From the sequence record DRR723986_2421: a stretch of 47,792 bases of DNA; one strand, written 5' to 3'. The notes under the pieces are model-generated. The model did not search any database. It worked only from the letters and a program-made list of their open reading frames with translations, and was not told the DNA's origin. Each line of letters begins with the position of its first letter. Position 1 is the stretch's first letter. Positions 20,597 through 30,327 of this stretch are shown here, in pieces. Made by a program: the position numbers and the translations under genes.

Positions 20597-20848
20597 TTAC
20601 CAAAATCGAAAACCCCGGCGCTGACGTCGGGGTTTTTTGTTTTGAAAATGACGAATTCTCGCCTCAAGCTGGCGCTTCCTGAACTGCTGTCGACGAACGT
20701 CCAGGCCAAGCCACGGTTCAAAAAGTTCGAACCAGCAGATAGCCATCAGAAAAGGCAAAGCGATAGAAAACCATTCCCAATTGCTCACGGGATGTACCCC
20801 ACCCAGTTTCAATGTCAGCAAAAGGATGCCCAGAAGGATAAAAATCAT
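20597..20848 (-). CDS. Small Trp-rich membrane protein (TIGR04438-like)
   Basis: Two hydrophobic segments with WEW...LPF...W and a basic tail. Lies between ilvD and cytochrome c551, as in Burkholderiales. Confidence 0.7.
   Translation of the reverse strand: MIFILLGILLLTLKLGGVHPVSNWEWFSIALPFLMAICWFELFEPWLGLDVRRQQFRKRQLEARIRHFQNKKPRRQRRGFRFW
20609..20638 (+). terminator. Intrinsic terminator after ilvD, overlapping the 3' end of the opposite small ORF
   Basis: AAAACCCCGGCG-CTGA-CGTCGGGGTTTTTT. Confidence 0.8.
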
Positions 20849-20940
20849 GCTGTTTCACATGACAAACAACTGAGTTGTCTGCCAAAATGACGCCCGAGAC
20901 GTTATTAATGTGCTAACTGTAACAAAGTGAGGAGTTCAGT

Positions 20941-21249
20941 ATGATCAAGCAAATGGGTGTCTTGGCGATTGCAGCCACCATGGTTGCTCTACCGTTGTCT
21001 GCCAGCGCCGACGAAGCACTGGCCAAGAGCAAAGCCTGCTTGGCCTGCCATCAGGTTCAGAAGAAAGTAGTTGGCCCAGCCTTCAAAGACGTGGCTGCCA
21101 AATACAAGGGTCAGGCTGGCGCGGAAGCCATGTTGGCCGGCAAAATCAAGAACGGCAGCAAGGGTGTATGGGGACCGGTCCCCATGCCTGCTCAAAACGT
21201 GACTGAAGAAGAGGCCAAGAAATTGGCCGCATGGGTACTGACACTGTAA
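20941..21249 (+). CDS. Cytochrome c551/c552
   Basis: Signal peptide, CLACH heme motif, VGPAFKDVA, WGPVPMP Met ligand. GAGGAG RBS. Confidence 0.95.
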   Translation: MIKQMGVLAIAATMVALPLSASADEALAKSKACLACHQVQKKVVGPAFKDVAAKYKGQAGAEAMLAGKIKNGSKGVWGPVPMPAQNVTEEEAKKLAAWVLTL

Positions 21250-21268
21250 TCAGTTCGCAAGCTACACG

Positions 21269-21300
21269 AAAAAGCCAAGGTGTTTCGCCTTGGCTTTTTT
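21269..21300. terminator. Bidirectional intrinsic terminator
   Basis: AAAAAGCCAAGGTG-TTT-CGCCTTGGCTTTTTT between convergent genes. Confidence 0.88.
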
Positions 21301-21312
21301 CATTGGACCCGC

Positions 21313-22467
21313 TTAATTGACAACCTTGACCGGAAACTTTCCTTGAGGTCCGTAAGAATTCAAGGTGACTGCCGCATTCAGAACGTCACCCACTTCATCA
21401 AATGCGATGGTTCCGATGACTCCTTCGTGCCGAATCTCTTTCAACTTCGGAAGATATTTCTTGGGGTCCGCTGACTTGGCATTTTTCATGGCCATACCCA
21501 TGGTCATGACTGCATCGTAAACAAAAGGCGCATAAACCTGAATGTCCGTCTTGAACTGTGCTTTGTATCGCTTCTCAAAGGCGGGGCCACCAGGCATTTT
21601 GCTCAAGGCCATACCGCCCTCGGCGCAAAGCACATTCGAACCCACATTGTCGCCGCCCAAACGCATCAATTCAGTGGTACAAATGCCATCACCTCCAATC
21701 AGCTTCGCCTTGATTCCCAATTGCTTCATCTGCCGCAGCATGGGGCCGGCCTGTGCATCCATGCCTCCGTAAAAAACAAGGTCTGGATTCACGCGCTTGA
21801 CTGAGGTTAATATCGCCGCAAAGTCGGTGGCCTTGTCGTTGGTGTAGTGGCGCTCCAGCACCTTTACACCTTTGGCTTCAAGCTGCTTCGTAAAAATATC
21901 GGCCAGCGGCTGTCCATAACCGGTGCGGTCATCAATGACCACCACCCGCTTCACTTTCATTTCATCGACAGCATATCTGGCCAAGGCAACCCCCAGCACG
22001 CCATCGTGCGCAATCACCCTGAATACAGACTCAAACCCCTGCTTGGTCACTTTCGGTGTCGTGGCTGAAGGTGTAATTTGGGGAATGCCACAGTCGTAAT
22101 AAATACGGGATGCCGGAATTGTGGTGCCACTGTTCAAATGCCCAACAATGCCATTTACTTTCATGTCACACAATTTTTGCGCGACGATGGCACCAGTTTT
22201 TGGATCTGCGGCATCATCTTCTGCAACCAGCTGAAATTTGGCAGTGCCTCCATCCAGCTGAATTTTCATTTTATTCAAATCGTCGATTGCCAACCTGGCG
22301 CCCGATTCATTGTCTTTGCCGTAGTGAGCCTGTGGCCCCGAGAGCGGTGCAATATGTCCAATTTTCACCAACACTTCCTTGGCGTAAACAGGCGTGCTTG
22401 CCAAGGCGATAAATACCGATATACCCATGAATGAATATTTCAAATTCCGGGACCTGCAAAGGTTCAT
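21313..22467 (-). CDS. Branched-chain amino acid ABC transporter substrate-binding protein (LivJ/K family)
   Basis: VKIGHIAPLSG, EDDAADPK, GHLNSGTTIPAS, DDRTGYGQ. GGAGG RBS before ATG 22467. Confidence 0.92.
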   Translation of the reverse strand: MNLCRSRNLKYSFMGISVFIALASTPVYAKEVLVKIGHIAPLSGPQAHYGKDNESGARLAIDDLNKMKIQLDGGTAKFQLVAEDDAADPKTGAIVAQKLCDMKVNGIVGHLNSGTTIPASRIYYDCGIPQITPSATTPKVTKQGFESVFRVIAHDGVLGVALARYAVDEMKVKRVVVIDDRTGYGQPLADIFTKQLEAKGVKVLERHYTNDKATDFAAILTSVKRVNPDLVFYGGMDAQAGPMLRQMKQLGIKAKLIGGDGICTTELMRLGGDNVGSNVLCAEGGMALSKMPGGPAFEKRYKAQFKTDIQVYAPFVYDAVMTMGMAMKNAKSADPKKYLPKLKEIRHEGVIGTIAFDEVGDVLNAAVTLNSYGPQGKFPVKVVN

Positions 22468-22635
22468 GATCGCCTCCAACTCGTTTTTGTGGTTAATTCC
22501 ATCAATGTAGCATCTAAACCGGTAATGGGTTCCGCTGTCAATTAACTGACTTCTTTCTGAAGAAATACGCAAAACCCAAACCCAATTTGCTCTATTCTTT
22601 TTCCGACACATCTAATTTCAATCGCATTGGCGTAC

Positions 22636-23601
22636 ATGGATATCTTTGCGCAACAACTGATCAACGGCTTGGTTCTCGGCAGTATTTATGCGCTGGTGGC
22701 ACTCGGTTACACAATGGTGTACGGCGTGTTGGGTTTGATCAATTTCGCCCATGGCGAAGTGGTTATGATCGGTGCCATGGTGGCCTTTAGCGCCATCACT
22801 TTGTTTATGGGTGTTTTCCCGGAAACTCCGGGCTGGATTCTTTTCCTGGTGGGTGTGCTGTGCGCTGTGCCTGTGTGCATGCTGGTCAGTTTCTCAATTG
22901 AACGCTTGGCCTATCGCCCCTTGCGAAACGCGCCCCGGCTTGCACCCTTGATTTCGGCTATCGGCGTTTCAATCATTTTGCAAACCTTGGCCATGATCAT
23001 TTGGGGGCGCAATTACCTCATCTTTCCGGCCACCTTGCCCACAGACCCGATTGTGTTGTACACCTTTGCCCCAGTCCTCGATAACGACTACGAAAGAATT
23101 GTATCCATCACACCGGTGCAACTTTTGATTGTGGCGGTATCTGCAGTCCTCATGTTTGGCCTGACCTACACAGTCAACAAAACCCGATTGGGGAAAGCCA
23201 TGCGCGCCACCTCTGAAAACCCGCAATTGGCAGGGCTCATGGGCATCAACGCCAATTCAGTGATCGCCGCTACATTTGTGATCGGAGCTGCCTTGGCTGG
23301 AGTAGCTGGCGTCATGGTGGCTGCCAACTATTCTGTGGCTCATTTTTACATGGGCTTTTTACCCGGTTTGAAAGCGTTTACTGCCGCAGTACTTGGCGGC
23401 ATCGGCAATATTTATGGCGCTATGTTGGGTGGCCTCCTGTTGGGAATTGTTGAAAGCCTTGGCGCTGGCTATTTGGGGCAATTGACGGGTGGTTTTCTGG
23501 GCTCGCACTACCAGGATATTTTTGCCTTTGCTGTGTTGATTTTGGTGCTTACTCTTCGGCCATCTGGCCTGTTGGGTGAAAGGGTGTCGGACCGAGCATG
23601 A
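22636..23601 (+). CDS. livH: Branched-chain amino acid ABC transporter permease
   Basis: NGLVLGSIYALVALGYTMVYG, NFAHGE, KAFTAAVLGGIG. Confidence 0.94.
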   Translation: MDIFAQQLINGLVLGSIYALVALGYTMVYGVLGLINFAHGEVVMIGAMVAFSAITLFMGVFPETPGWILFLVGVLCAVPVCMLVSFSIERLAYRPLRNAPRLAPLISAIGVSIILQTLAMIIWGRNYLIFPATLPTDPIVLYTFAPVLDNDYERIVSITPVQLLIVAVSAVLMFGLTYTVNKTRLGKAMRATSENPQLAGLMGINANSVIAATFVIGAALAGVAGVMVAANYSVAHFYMGFLPGLKAFTAAVLGGIGNIYGAMLGGLLLGIVESLGAGYLGQLTGGFLGSHYQDIFAFAVLILVLTLRPSGLLGERVSDRA

Positions 23602-24671
23602 AAAAACTTGCCCAACGCCATCAACAAGTGATCGGCCTCCTGCTCGTTGCCATCGCCTTGGCTGCTCTGCCCTGGGTGGCTGGCTTGATTGGCAACAGCT
23701 GGGTTCGAATTTTGAACATCGCCTTGCTATATGTGATGCTGGCGCTCGGCCTCAACATCGTGGTAGGTTTCGCCGGCTTGCTTGATCTGGGTTACATCGC
23801 CTTTTACGCGGTGGGTGCTTACGTATACGGTTTGCTGGCTTCACCACATTTAACCGACAATTTTGAAACCATCGCAACCCTTTTTCCAGATGGTCTGCAC
23901 TTGTCCATATGGTTAATGATTCCGCTGGGGGCCTTGATTGCCGCGCTATTCGGCGTGTTGCTGGGTGCCCCCACCCTTCGGCTCCGGGGTGACTATCTTG
24001 CCATTGTCACCCTGGGTTTCGGGGAAATCATTCGACTGTTTCTGAACAATTTGAATGCGCCAGTCAATATCACCAATGGCCCCCAAGGCATCAACATGAT
24101 TGAGCCCGTTCAAATTGCGGGGGTTCGTTTTTCACGCACGGTCGATTTGTTCGGCTTCGAGGTTCCTGCACTTCACCTTTACTACTATTTGTTTCTGGCG
24201 CTTACCCTGCTGATCATCGTGGTGTGTATGCGCCTGCAAAACAGCCGAATCGGCCGCGCATGGACCGCAATACGCGATGACGAAATTGCAGCGAAATCCA
24301 TGGGTATCAACACCCGCAACATGAAGCTTCTGGCTTTCGCACTGGGTGCCTCCTTTGGCGGTGTCGCGGGCGCGATGTTTTCTGCATTTCAAGGCTTTGT
24401 CAGCCCGGAGTCCTTCGGCTTGATGGAATCAATTATTGTTCTTTGCATGGTCGTGCTGGGCGGAATGGGTCATATTCCCGGCGTTATTCTGGGCGCACTG
24501 TTGCTGGCAGGTTTTCCGGAAATGCTGCGGCAAGTGGTCACCCCTGTACAGGAGTTTTTGTTTGGTAGCGTACTGGTGGATGCAGAAATACTTCGCTCCC
24601 TGATCTATGGCCTGACCATGGTGCTGGTCATGCTATATCGCCCCGCCGGGCTGTGGCCGAAACACAAATGA
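23598..24671 (+). CDS. livM: Branched-chain amino acid ABC transporter permease
   Basis: GLNIVVGFAGLLDLGY, LRLRGDYLAIVTLGFGEI. ATGA overlap with livH. Confidence 0.94.
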   Translation: MKKLAQRHQQVIGLLLVAIALAALPWVAGLIGNSWVRILNIALLYVMLALGLNIVVGFAGLLDLGYIAFYAVGAYVYGLLASPHLTDNFETIATLFPDGLHLSIWLMIPLGALIAALFGVLLGAPTLRLRGDYLAIVTLGFGEIIRLFLNNLNAPVNITNGPQGINMIEPVQIAGVRFSRTVDLFGFEVPALHLYYYLFLALTLLIIVVCMRLQNSRIGRAWTAIRDDEIAAKSMGINTRNMKLLAFALGASFGGVAGAMFSAFQGFVSPESFGLMESIIVLCMVVLGGMGHIPGVILGALLLAGFPEMLRQVVTPVQEFLFGSVLVDAEILRSLIYGLTMVLVMLYRPAGLWPKHK

Positions 24672-25441
24672 ACATACCCCTCTTTAGCGCCAACAATCTG
24701 AAAAAAAGATTTGGCGGCATCACTGCTGTAGACGATGTCAGCCTGAGCGTTTTGCCAAGACAAGTGGTCGGGCTGATTGGCCCGAACGGTGCAGGCAAAA
24801 CCACTTGCTTCAATTTGATCACCGGTTTGTACGCACCCGACGAAGGGCAATTTGAATTCAAGGGTAAAACATACAAGCCTGCGTCGCCACACCATGTCGC
24901 GCAAATGGGTTTGGCCCGTACATTTCAAAATATCCGTTTGTTCAAGAGTATGACAGCGCTTGAAAATGTGGCCGTGGGCATGCATGGCAAAACCAGGCAG
25001 GGTGTATTGGGCGCGGTACTTCGTACCCCGGCACAACGCCGCGAGGAACAACAGGTACACCAGCAGGCATTGAAGTGGTTGCATTATGTAGGCATCGGTA
25101 CTTACAGCAATCATCTGGCCGGGCAGCTCTCCTATGGTGATCAACGACGCCTAGAAATCGCACGCGCCCTGGCCAGCGAACCTGCGCTACTCGCCCTGGA
25201 CGAACCCGCTGCTGGCATGAATGCCACTGAAAAATTGAAGCTGCGAGAATTGCTGCTCCGGATTCGACAGGACGGAACATCGATACTGCTGATTGAACAT
25301 GATGTCAAACTGGTCATGGGTATTTGTGACGAAGTGATTGTGCTGGATTACGGCAAAGTGATTTTTCAGGGAACCCCCACCCAAGTTCAGCAATCCCCCC
25401 CCGTCATTGAAGCCTACCTTGGAGGGCTACACCATGGCTGA
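24668..25441 (+). CDS. livG: Branched-chain amino acid ABC transporter ATPase
   Basis: GPNGAGKT, ARTFQNIRLF, LSYGDQRRLEIARAL, LDEPAAG. Confidence 0.94.
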   Translation: MNIPLFSANNLKKRFGGITAVDDVSLSVLPRQVVGLIGPNGAGKTTCFNLITGLYAPDEGQFEFKGKTYKPASPHHVAQMGLARTFQNIRLFKSMTALENVAVGMHGKTRQGVLGAVLRTPAQRREEQQVHQQALKWLHYVGIGTYSNHLAGQLSYGDQRRLEIARALASEPALLALDEPAAGMNATEKLKLRELLLRIRQDGTSILLIEHDVKLVMGICDEVIVLDYGKVIFQGTPTQVQQSPPVIEAYLGGLHHG

Positions 25442-26174
25442 TTCCATGCTGAACATTCAAGGTCTAACTGTTGCCTATGGCGGAATTCAGGCAGTCAAGG
25501 GTTTGAGTTTTCAGGTGCATGCGGGTGAGCTGGTGTGCTTGATTGGATGTAATGGTGCGGGCAAAACGTCAGCCATGAAAGCCATTGCAGGCTTATTGCC
25601 TTTTCAAGCCCATGCCGCTACTTTCAAAAGCACCATTGATCTGACGAAGCTGCCCGCGCATCAACGGCTGCCACTTGGGCTGGCCTTGGTGCCGGAGGGA
25701 CGCGGGATCTTCACACGCATGACCGTGCTTGAAAATCTTGAATTGGGTGCAAATGCACGCTTTCAAACCGGCTGCCCGAAAGCCGAGATCGAGAGTGATT
25801 TGGAGAGAATGCTGACTCTGTTTCCGCGCATCAGGGAGCGACTGAAGCAATCCGCAGGAACTCTGAGTGGTGGAGAGCAGCAGATGTTGGCCATGGCACG
25901 TGCGCTGATGGGAAAGCCCGATCTACTGCTGCTGGACGAGCCCAGCATGGGATTGGCTCCGATCATGGTTGAGAAAATTTTCGAGGTGATTCAACAGGTA
26001 CACCGCGAAGGAATGACGATACTGCTTGTCGAGCAAAATGCTCACATCGCTCTGCAACTGGCTAACCGAGCTTATGTCATGGATTCAGGTTTGATTGATT
26101 ACGAAGGTCTGGCCAGTGAACTGATCAACGACCCCAGAATTCGAGAAACCTATCTGGGGCAAGTGTCGCAATAA
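25434..26174 (+). CDS. livF: Branched-chain amino acid ABC transporter ATPase
   Basis: GCNGAGKT, VPEGRGIF, LSGGEQQMLA, LDEPSMGLAP. Confidence 0.94.
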   Translation: MADSMLNIQGLTVAYGGIQAVKGLSFQVHAGELVCLIGCNGAGKTSAMKAIAGLLPFQAHAATFKSTIDLTKLPAHQRLPLGLALVPEGRGIFTRMTVLENLELGANARFQTGCPKAEIESDLERMLTLFPRIRERLKQSAGTLSGGEQQMLAMARALMGKPDLLLLDEPSMGLAPIMVEKIFEVIQQVHREGMTILLVEQNAHIALQLANRAYVMDSGLIDYEGLASELINDPRIRETYLGQVSQ

Positions 26175-26191
26175 AGCCTGCTGTATGCGGG

Positions 26192-27211
26192 TCAGGCATC
26201 TGCCATAGACGTAAAGGAATCTGCGAAGAACTCCTCCTCGGGTAAACCACACTGTGACGTGAAATCGCGCTGGGCTGACTGAATCACAATCGGTGCCCCA
26301 CAGGCATACACTTGGTGTGCGCTCAAATCCGGAAAGTCCTGCATGACAGCGTGGTGCACAAAACCTGTTCGCCCCGTCCAGTGACATTCGTCTGTGGCAT
26401 CAGACAGCACCGGCACAAATTTGAAATTTGAGTGCTCGCCGGCCCACGACATGGGCAAATCCAGCATATACAAATCGGCCTTGGTTCGTGCACCCCAATA
26501 CAACACAAACTCGCGGCTGTTGTTCTTGAAAAAGGCTTGTTCCAATAACGATTTAATTGGTGCGAACCCAGTACCACTGGCGAGCAATACCACGGGTTTT
26601 GTAGAATCGTCGCGCAAGAAAAATGTACCGAAGGGACCTTCAAAACGCAAAATTTCCCGTTCTTTCATGGTGCTGAATACATGGTCAGTGAACAAGCCAC
26701 CGGGCATGTGCCGAATGTGCAGCTCGATCCCGCCTTCCTGATAAGGGGCATTGGCCAGAGAATAACTGCGTCGAGATCCATCGCGAAGCATGAATTCAAT
26801 ATACTGACCCGCATTGAATTGCAACACCTCATTGGCCGGCAACTGCAACTTGAGAATGGCCACATCGGCCGCAGGTTTCTCGATGCTTTGCAAACGACAG
26901 GGCATTTTCTTGATGGGAATGTCACCCAAACCGGAAAGCTCTCTGACCTTCAACTTCACAGGGCCCAGCGGTTTTGCGCAACAAGTAAGCACCTTCCCGC
27001 GTACACGTTCTTCTTCACTCAAGGCACGTGATTGGTAGGTGCCGTAATCGACCTGCCCTTCAATCAAATCAGCCTTGCACGATCCACAGGCTCCGTCTTT
27101 GCAGCCATATGGCAAAATGACATTGGCGCGCAGTGCTGCAGACAACAAGGTATCGTCAGACTCGCATTCATACTGTTTTTGGCTGGGAAGAATTTCTACG
27201 TTGTGAATCAT
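26192..27211 (-). CDS. 2Fe-2S ferredoxin/FAD-NAD(P) reductase (CDP-6-deoxy-3,4-glucoseen reductase/AscD-like family)
   Basis: CKDGACGSC...C 2Fe-2S motif, RSYSLA FAD motif, ASGTGFAPI, YACGAP. Confidence 0.88.
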   Translation of the reverse strand: MIHNVEILPSQKQYECESDDTLLSAALRANVILPYGCKDGACGSCKADLIEGQVDYGTYQSRALSEEERVRGKVLTCCAKPLGPVKLKVRELSGLGDIPIKKMPCRLQSIEKPAADVAILKLQLPANEVLQFNAGQYIEFMLRDGSRRSYSLANAPYQEGGIELHIRHMPGGLFTDHVFSTMKEREILRFEGPFGTFFLRDDSTKPVVLLASGTGFAPIKSLLEQAFFKNNSREFVLYWGARTKADLYMLDLPMSWAGEHSNFKFVPVLSDATDECHWTGRTGFVHHAVMQDFPDLSAHQVYACGAPIVIQSAQRDFTSQCGLPEEEFFADSFTSMADA

Positions 27212-27265
27212 CAAACTACTTTCCGTGACATCGACAAACCCGGCGGGCTATTTTTCAAACGCAGT

Positions 27266-28165
27266 TTGCCCCGGCGCTTTCGGCAAAGCAATATAAGCGT
27301 TGCGGGCTGTGGGCAAGTGGGCTTGGTCTTGTTGCAAACCTTTCCAGATCAACATTTTACAGCGACTTATCGCCCTGGAGCGGGGACGAGAGCAAAGCGC
27401 GCCGCCATCGTGGCGCACAACACTCGACCCCTGGCCATTGATTTGAATTTGAAGAGCGACCTGTTGCGCCTGATTTCAATGGGTCACCGAATCATCTGGA
27501 TGGCGCCGCCCGACTCATCCGTACAGACTGACAACACACTGAAAAAACTGGTGCTGTGGTCAGCCACAAGGGCCAAGGCTCACGGTAAACCCGTACCGCG
27601 AATCAGCTATGTATCCACCACCGGCGTTTATGGCAATGCGCAAGGGCAATGGATTAATGAATACACGCCATTGAATGCGCAATCGGACCGAGCGAAGCGG
27701 CGAGTTCATGCCGAGACGCAACTTCGACTGGGACTAAAACATGGTGTGCATGTACACCTGCTGCGTGCGCCCGGCATATACGGCGACAACAGATTACCAA
27801 TAGACCGTATCAAGAATCGCACACCGGCTCTGCTACCTGATGAAGATGCGTGGTCAAACCACATTCATGAACTCGATTTGGGCCGTTTAAGCCGATGGGT
27901 CAATTACAAAGGTGGTGTCTTCGAGGTGATAAACGCCTGCGACGCTAAACCCAGCAAAATGGGAGACTACTTTGACCTGGTGGCTGATGCTTACCAGCTT
28001 CCTCGCCCACCCCGCTTTTCGCGGGAAGAGGTGAAACAAATGGTAAGTCCCATGATGTGGAGTTTCATGTCGGAATCGCGGCGTATTGAATCTTTGAACC
28101 AGAAAAAACTCGGATTTCGTCTTCGCTATCCCAGCGTTGCTGATTTTCTTTCCGGCCAAAGATGA
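27266..28165 (+). CDS. NAD-dependent epimerase/atypical SDR (YeeZ-like); start uncertain
   Basis: VAGCGQVG Rossmann motif, YVSTTGVYG, LRAPGIYG, NHIHELDL, LRYPS. TTG 27266 is the first in-frame start codon clear of the divergent gene. Confidence 0.82.
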   Translation: MPRRFRQSNISVAGCGQVGLVLLQTFPDQHFTATYRPGAGTRAKRAAIVAHNTRPLAIDLNLKSDLLRLISMGHRIIWMAPPDSSVQTDNTLKKLVLWSATRAKAHGKPVPRISYVSTTGVYGNAQGQWINEYTPLNAQSDRAKRRVHAETQLRLGLKHGVHVHLLRAPGIYGDNRLPIDRIKNRTPALLPDEDAWSNHIHELDLGRLSRWVNYKGGVFEVINACDAKPSKMGDYFDLVADAYQLPRPPRFSREEVKQMVSPMMWSFMSESRRIESLNQKKLGFRLRYPSVADFLSGQR

Positions 28166-28184
28166 TTCGACTCGGGTTGCCCGT

Positions 28185-28460
28185 TCAAGCAAACATTTTG
28201 TCGATGTTTTTGTCGATTTCCGATTGAATCTTTCCCTTGAATGCTTTCAGCATAAAGCCCAGGGAAATATCGACTGTGACGTCTTTGTCAGTCACATCCA
28301 GCTTGCCCTTCACACCTGAACGCGTGAAATTGAGGGTGTTGCCTTGCCATTGACTGTCCAGCTGAAATTCTTTTTGAAGTTGATCTGCCAGTTTTTGGGC
28401 AGTTTGCTTGGCCTCTTCCAGGGTCAAATTGTGTGCTTTGCGGGCGTGAATATCAGACAT
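28185..28460 (-). CDS. Putative polyhydroxyalkanoic acid system protein (PHA_gran_rgn-like)
   Basis: MSDIH...HNL..EEAK, WQGNTLNFTRSGVKG, LGFML..FKGKI..EI pattern. Confidence 0.8.
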   Translation of the reverse strand: MSDIHARKAHNLTLEEAKQTAQKLADQLQKEFQLDSQWQGNTLNFTRSGVKGKLDVTDKDVTVDISLGFMLKAFKGKIQSEIDKNIDKMFA

Positions 28461-28510
28461 GTTGGCTCACTCTTGAAGGTGTTATGGCTGCATATTAACC
28501 CAGCCGCGGT

Positions 28511-29638
28511 TTACACGGTAGAGAACCAAAAATCGAAAGCCATTTTAGAAGAAGGTGTCAGGTCATTTTCAAAACCCACTACACGCTTGGCAAATCGCAT
28601 TTGAGAATCAATAATGCGCTTGAAAATCCGGCTGTTGGCTGATTCCCGCGCAATGATTTTGCGCCAGGCATTCAGTTGCGCCCTCAAAATGTCATCGGGT
28701 GTCACGTAATACCGAACACCCTGCTTGCGTCGCATTTCCTCGTAATCAGTCGAAAACCGGTCTGAGGCCTTCCAGCTCAAGTCCGCGGAAGAAGCCTGCA
28801 AGGCGTATCGAATAATCGAGCGCAGGGCAAAAGGCAGACTATCGAAACGCTGCTTGTTGAAAATGACTTCAAAAACCTCACTGCTTTGGTGAAAGCTGCG
28901 AATCATGCACACCGACGACACACTGGGAAAACCCAAAGCCCGATCGGAACTGGGGTTGTTAAACTCCGCGGCATCAATCAGCCCCTTGTCCAGCCAAGGC
29001 ACGATATCGGCGGGCTGCAAGGCGGTGGTGGTCAAACCGAGTTCCTTGAAGACTTCCGCAGCCAAACCCACAGCGCGAAACCGCATCTTGTCGAGGTCTT
29101 TGATGCTCTCGATCCGATTTTTGAACCAACCCAAAGGTTGTGGGGTCAGTGGCCCATACATGAAACCCTGAATGTTCAGGTTCATTTCTTTTTGAACCAG
29201 TTCGTCGTAAAGCTGTTGACCACCACCATACTGGAACCACGCCAGTATCTGATTCGAGCTCATGCCAAAACTAGGACCACTTCCAAACAGGGAAAAAGCG
29301 GCATGGCGATCATGCCAATATGTGGGCACGCCATGCCCACCGTCAAGCTGTCCCTTGTGCACTGCATTCTGAATACCGAAAGCTTTCACGATGCTATTGG
29401 TGGGATACACATCGATGCGCAACTCGCCGCCCGACATGTCATTAACCTTCTTCGCAAAATCCTGGGCAAACTCATTAAAAATGTCTTTGGTGGGCCAAGT
29501 GCTTTGGAACTTGAACACCACTGGTTTGATGGTTTTGACGAGCGACGCAGACTGGGAAGCGGCAGGAGTGGCTATCGCACCAGCCGCTCCTGCCGCCAAA
29601 GCTTTTTGTACAAAGCGTCTTCTGGAGTCGTCGCGCAT
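28511..29638 (-). CDS. TRAP transporter solute-binding protein (DctP/TakP type), Tat-exported
   Basis: SRRRFVQ Tat motif, FQSTWP, SGGELRID, QPLGWF, AAEFNNP. Confidence 0.9.
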   Translation of the reverse strand: MRDDSRRRFVQKALAAGAAGAIATPAASQSASLVKTIKPVVFKFQSTWPTKDIFNEFAQDFAKKVNDMSGGELRIDVYPTNSIVKAFGIQNAVHKGQLDGGHGVPTYWHDRHAAFSLFGSGPSFGMSSNQILAWFQYGGGQQLYDELVQKEMNLNIQGFMYGPLTPQPLGWFKNRIESIKDLDKMRFRAVGLAAEVFKELGLTTTALQPADIVPWLDKGLIDAAEFNNPSSDRALGFPSVSSVCMIRSFHQSSEVFEVIFNKQRFDSLPFALRSIIRYALQASSADLSWKASDRFSTDYEEMRRKQGVRYYVTPDDILRAQLNAWRKIIARESANSRIFKRIIDSQMRFAKRVVGFENDLTPSSKMAFDFWFSTV

Positions 29639-29640
29639 GC

Positions 29641-30327
29641 TTATTTGCCGACAAGAATCAAGTGCACCCTGTATGGGCCATGTGCACCTAACACAATGGT
29701 TTGTTCGATGTCGGCAGTGCGTGACGGGCCAGATACAAAATTCAATGCTCTCGGCATAATCCGCCCTTCTTTTCGTAGCATTTCAAATGCGTCTTCCATC
29801 GTGTGCACCACCTGATCATCTCGAACAATTGCAATGTGGGTTTCCGGCAGCAGGTGCGTGCTGGCAGGCTCATCCGCCTTGCTGGCAAAAACCAAAGTGC
29901 CTGTTTCAGCCACAGCACAGGCCACGCCGCTGATTCCAATCAGATCGTCGCCCGCAGGAGCCCCCAAACGTGCCTGATTCGGTAACTTGGACCAGTCTAG
30001 TTCGCCCAGTGCCGGCCAGATAGCCACAGTGCCTGTCAATTCGTTCTCGGCAAGATACGCCGCACAGGCCGGGACCACTTCAGCATTGGATTTGACTCGC
30101 TGAAGGGTGCAAAGCATGGCACGGGATTTTTCTTCGAACAAAGCAAGCACATTTTCTACCGGACCAGGTGCCGGGCCTCTCGCCCTTCGGGCCAGATAGC
30201 CCTTGGCCAGAGTCATCTCATTGTCGCGCATCGTTGCTGGTCGGGATTGAAGGCTACGAATCCGATTCAGAATTTCCGACCGGGCCGCTGAGGTATCCAG
30301 ATCGTCGTCATTGAAAGATTGGCTCAA
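29641..30327 (-). CDS. LutC/YkgG (LUD domain) lactate-utilisation protein; start uncertain
   Basis: AVAETGTLV, LLPETHIA, FVSGPSRTADIEQTIVLGAHGP. Confidence 0.88.
   Translation of the reverse strand: MSQSFNDDDLDTSAARSEILNRIRSLQSRPATMRDNEMTLAKGYLARRARGPAPGPVENVLALFEEKSRAMLCTLQRVKSNAEVVPACAAYLAENELTGTVAIWPALGELDWSKLPNQARLGAPAGDDLIGISGVACAVAETGTLVFASKADEPASTHLLPETHIAIVRDDQVVHTMEDAFEMLRKEGRIMPRALNFVSGPSRTADIEQTIVLGAHGPYRVHLILVGK

Noticed and set aside
27032..27265. N-terminal extension of the SDR ORF, plus extended ORF-track starts for nadK, fur, hrcA, livJ and moxR
   Set aside because: These extensions overlap divergent genes or promoters. Downstream starts fit the family N-termini and RBS positions better.
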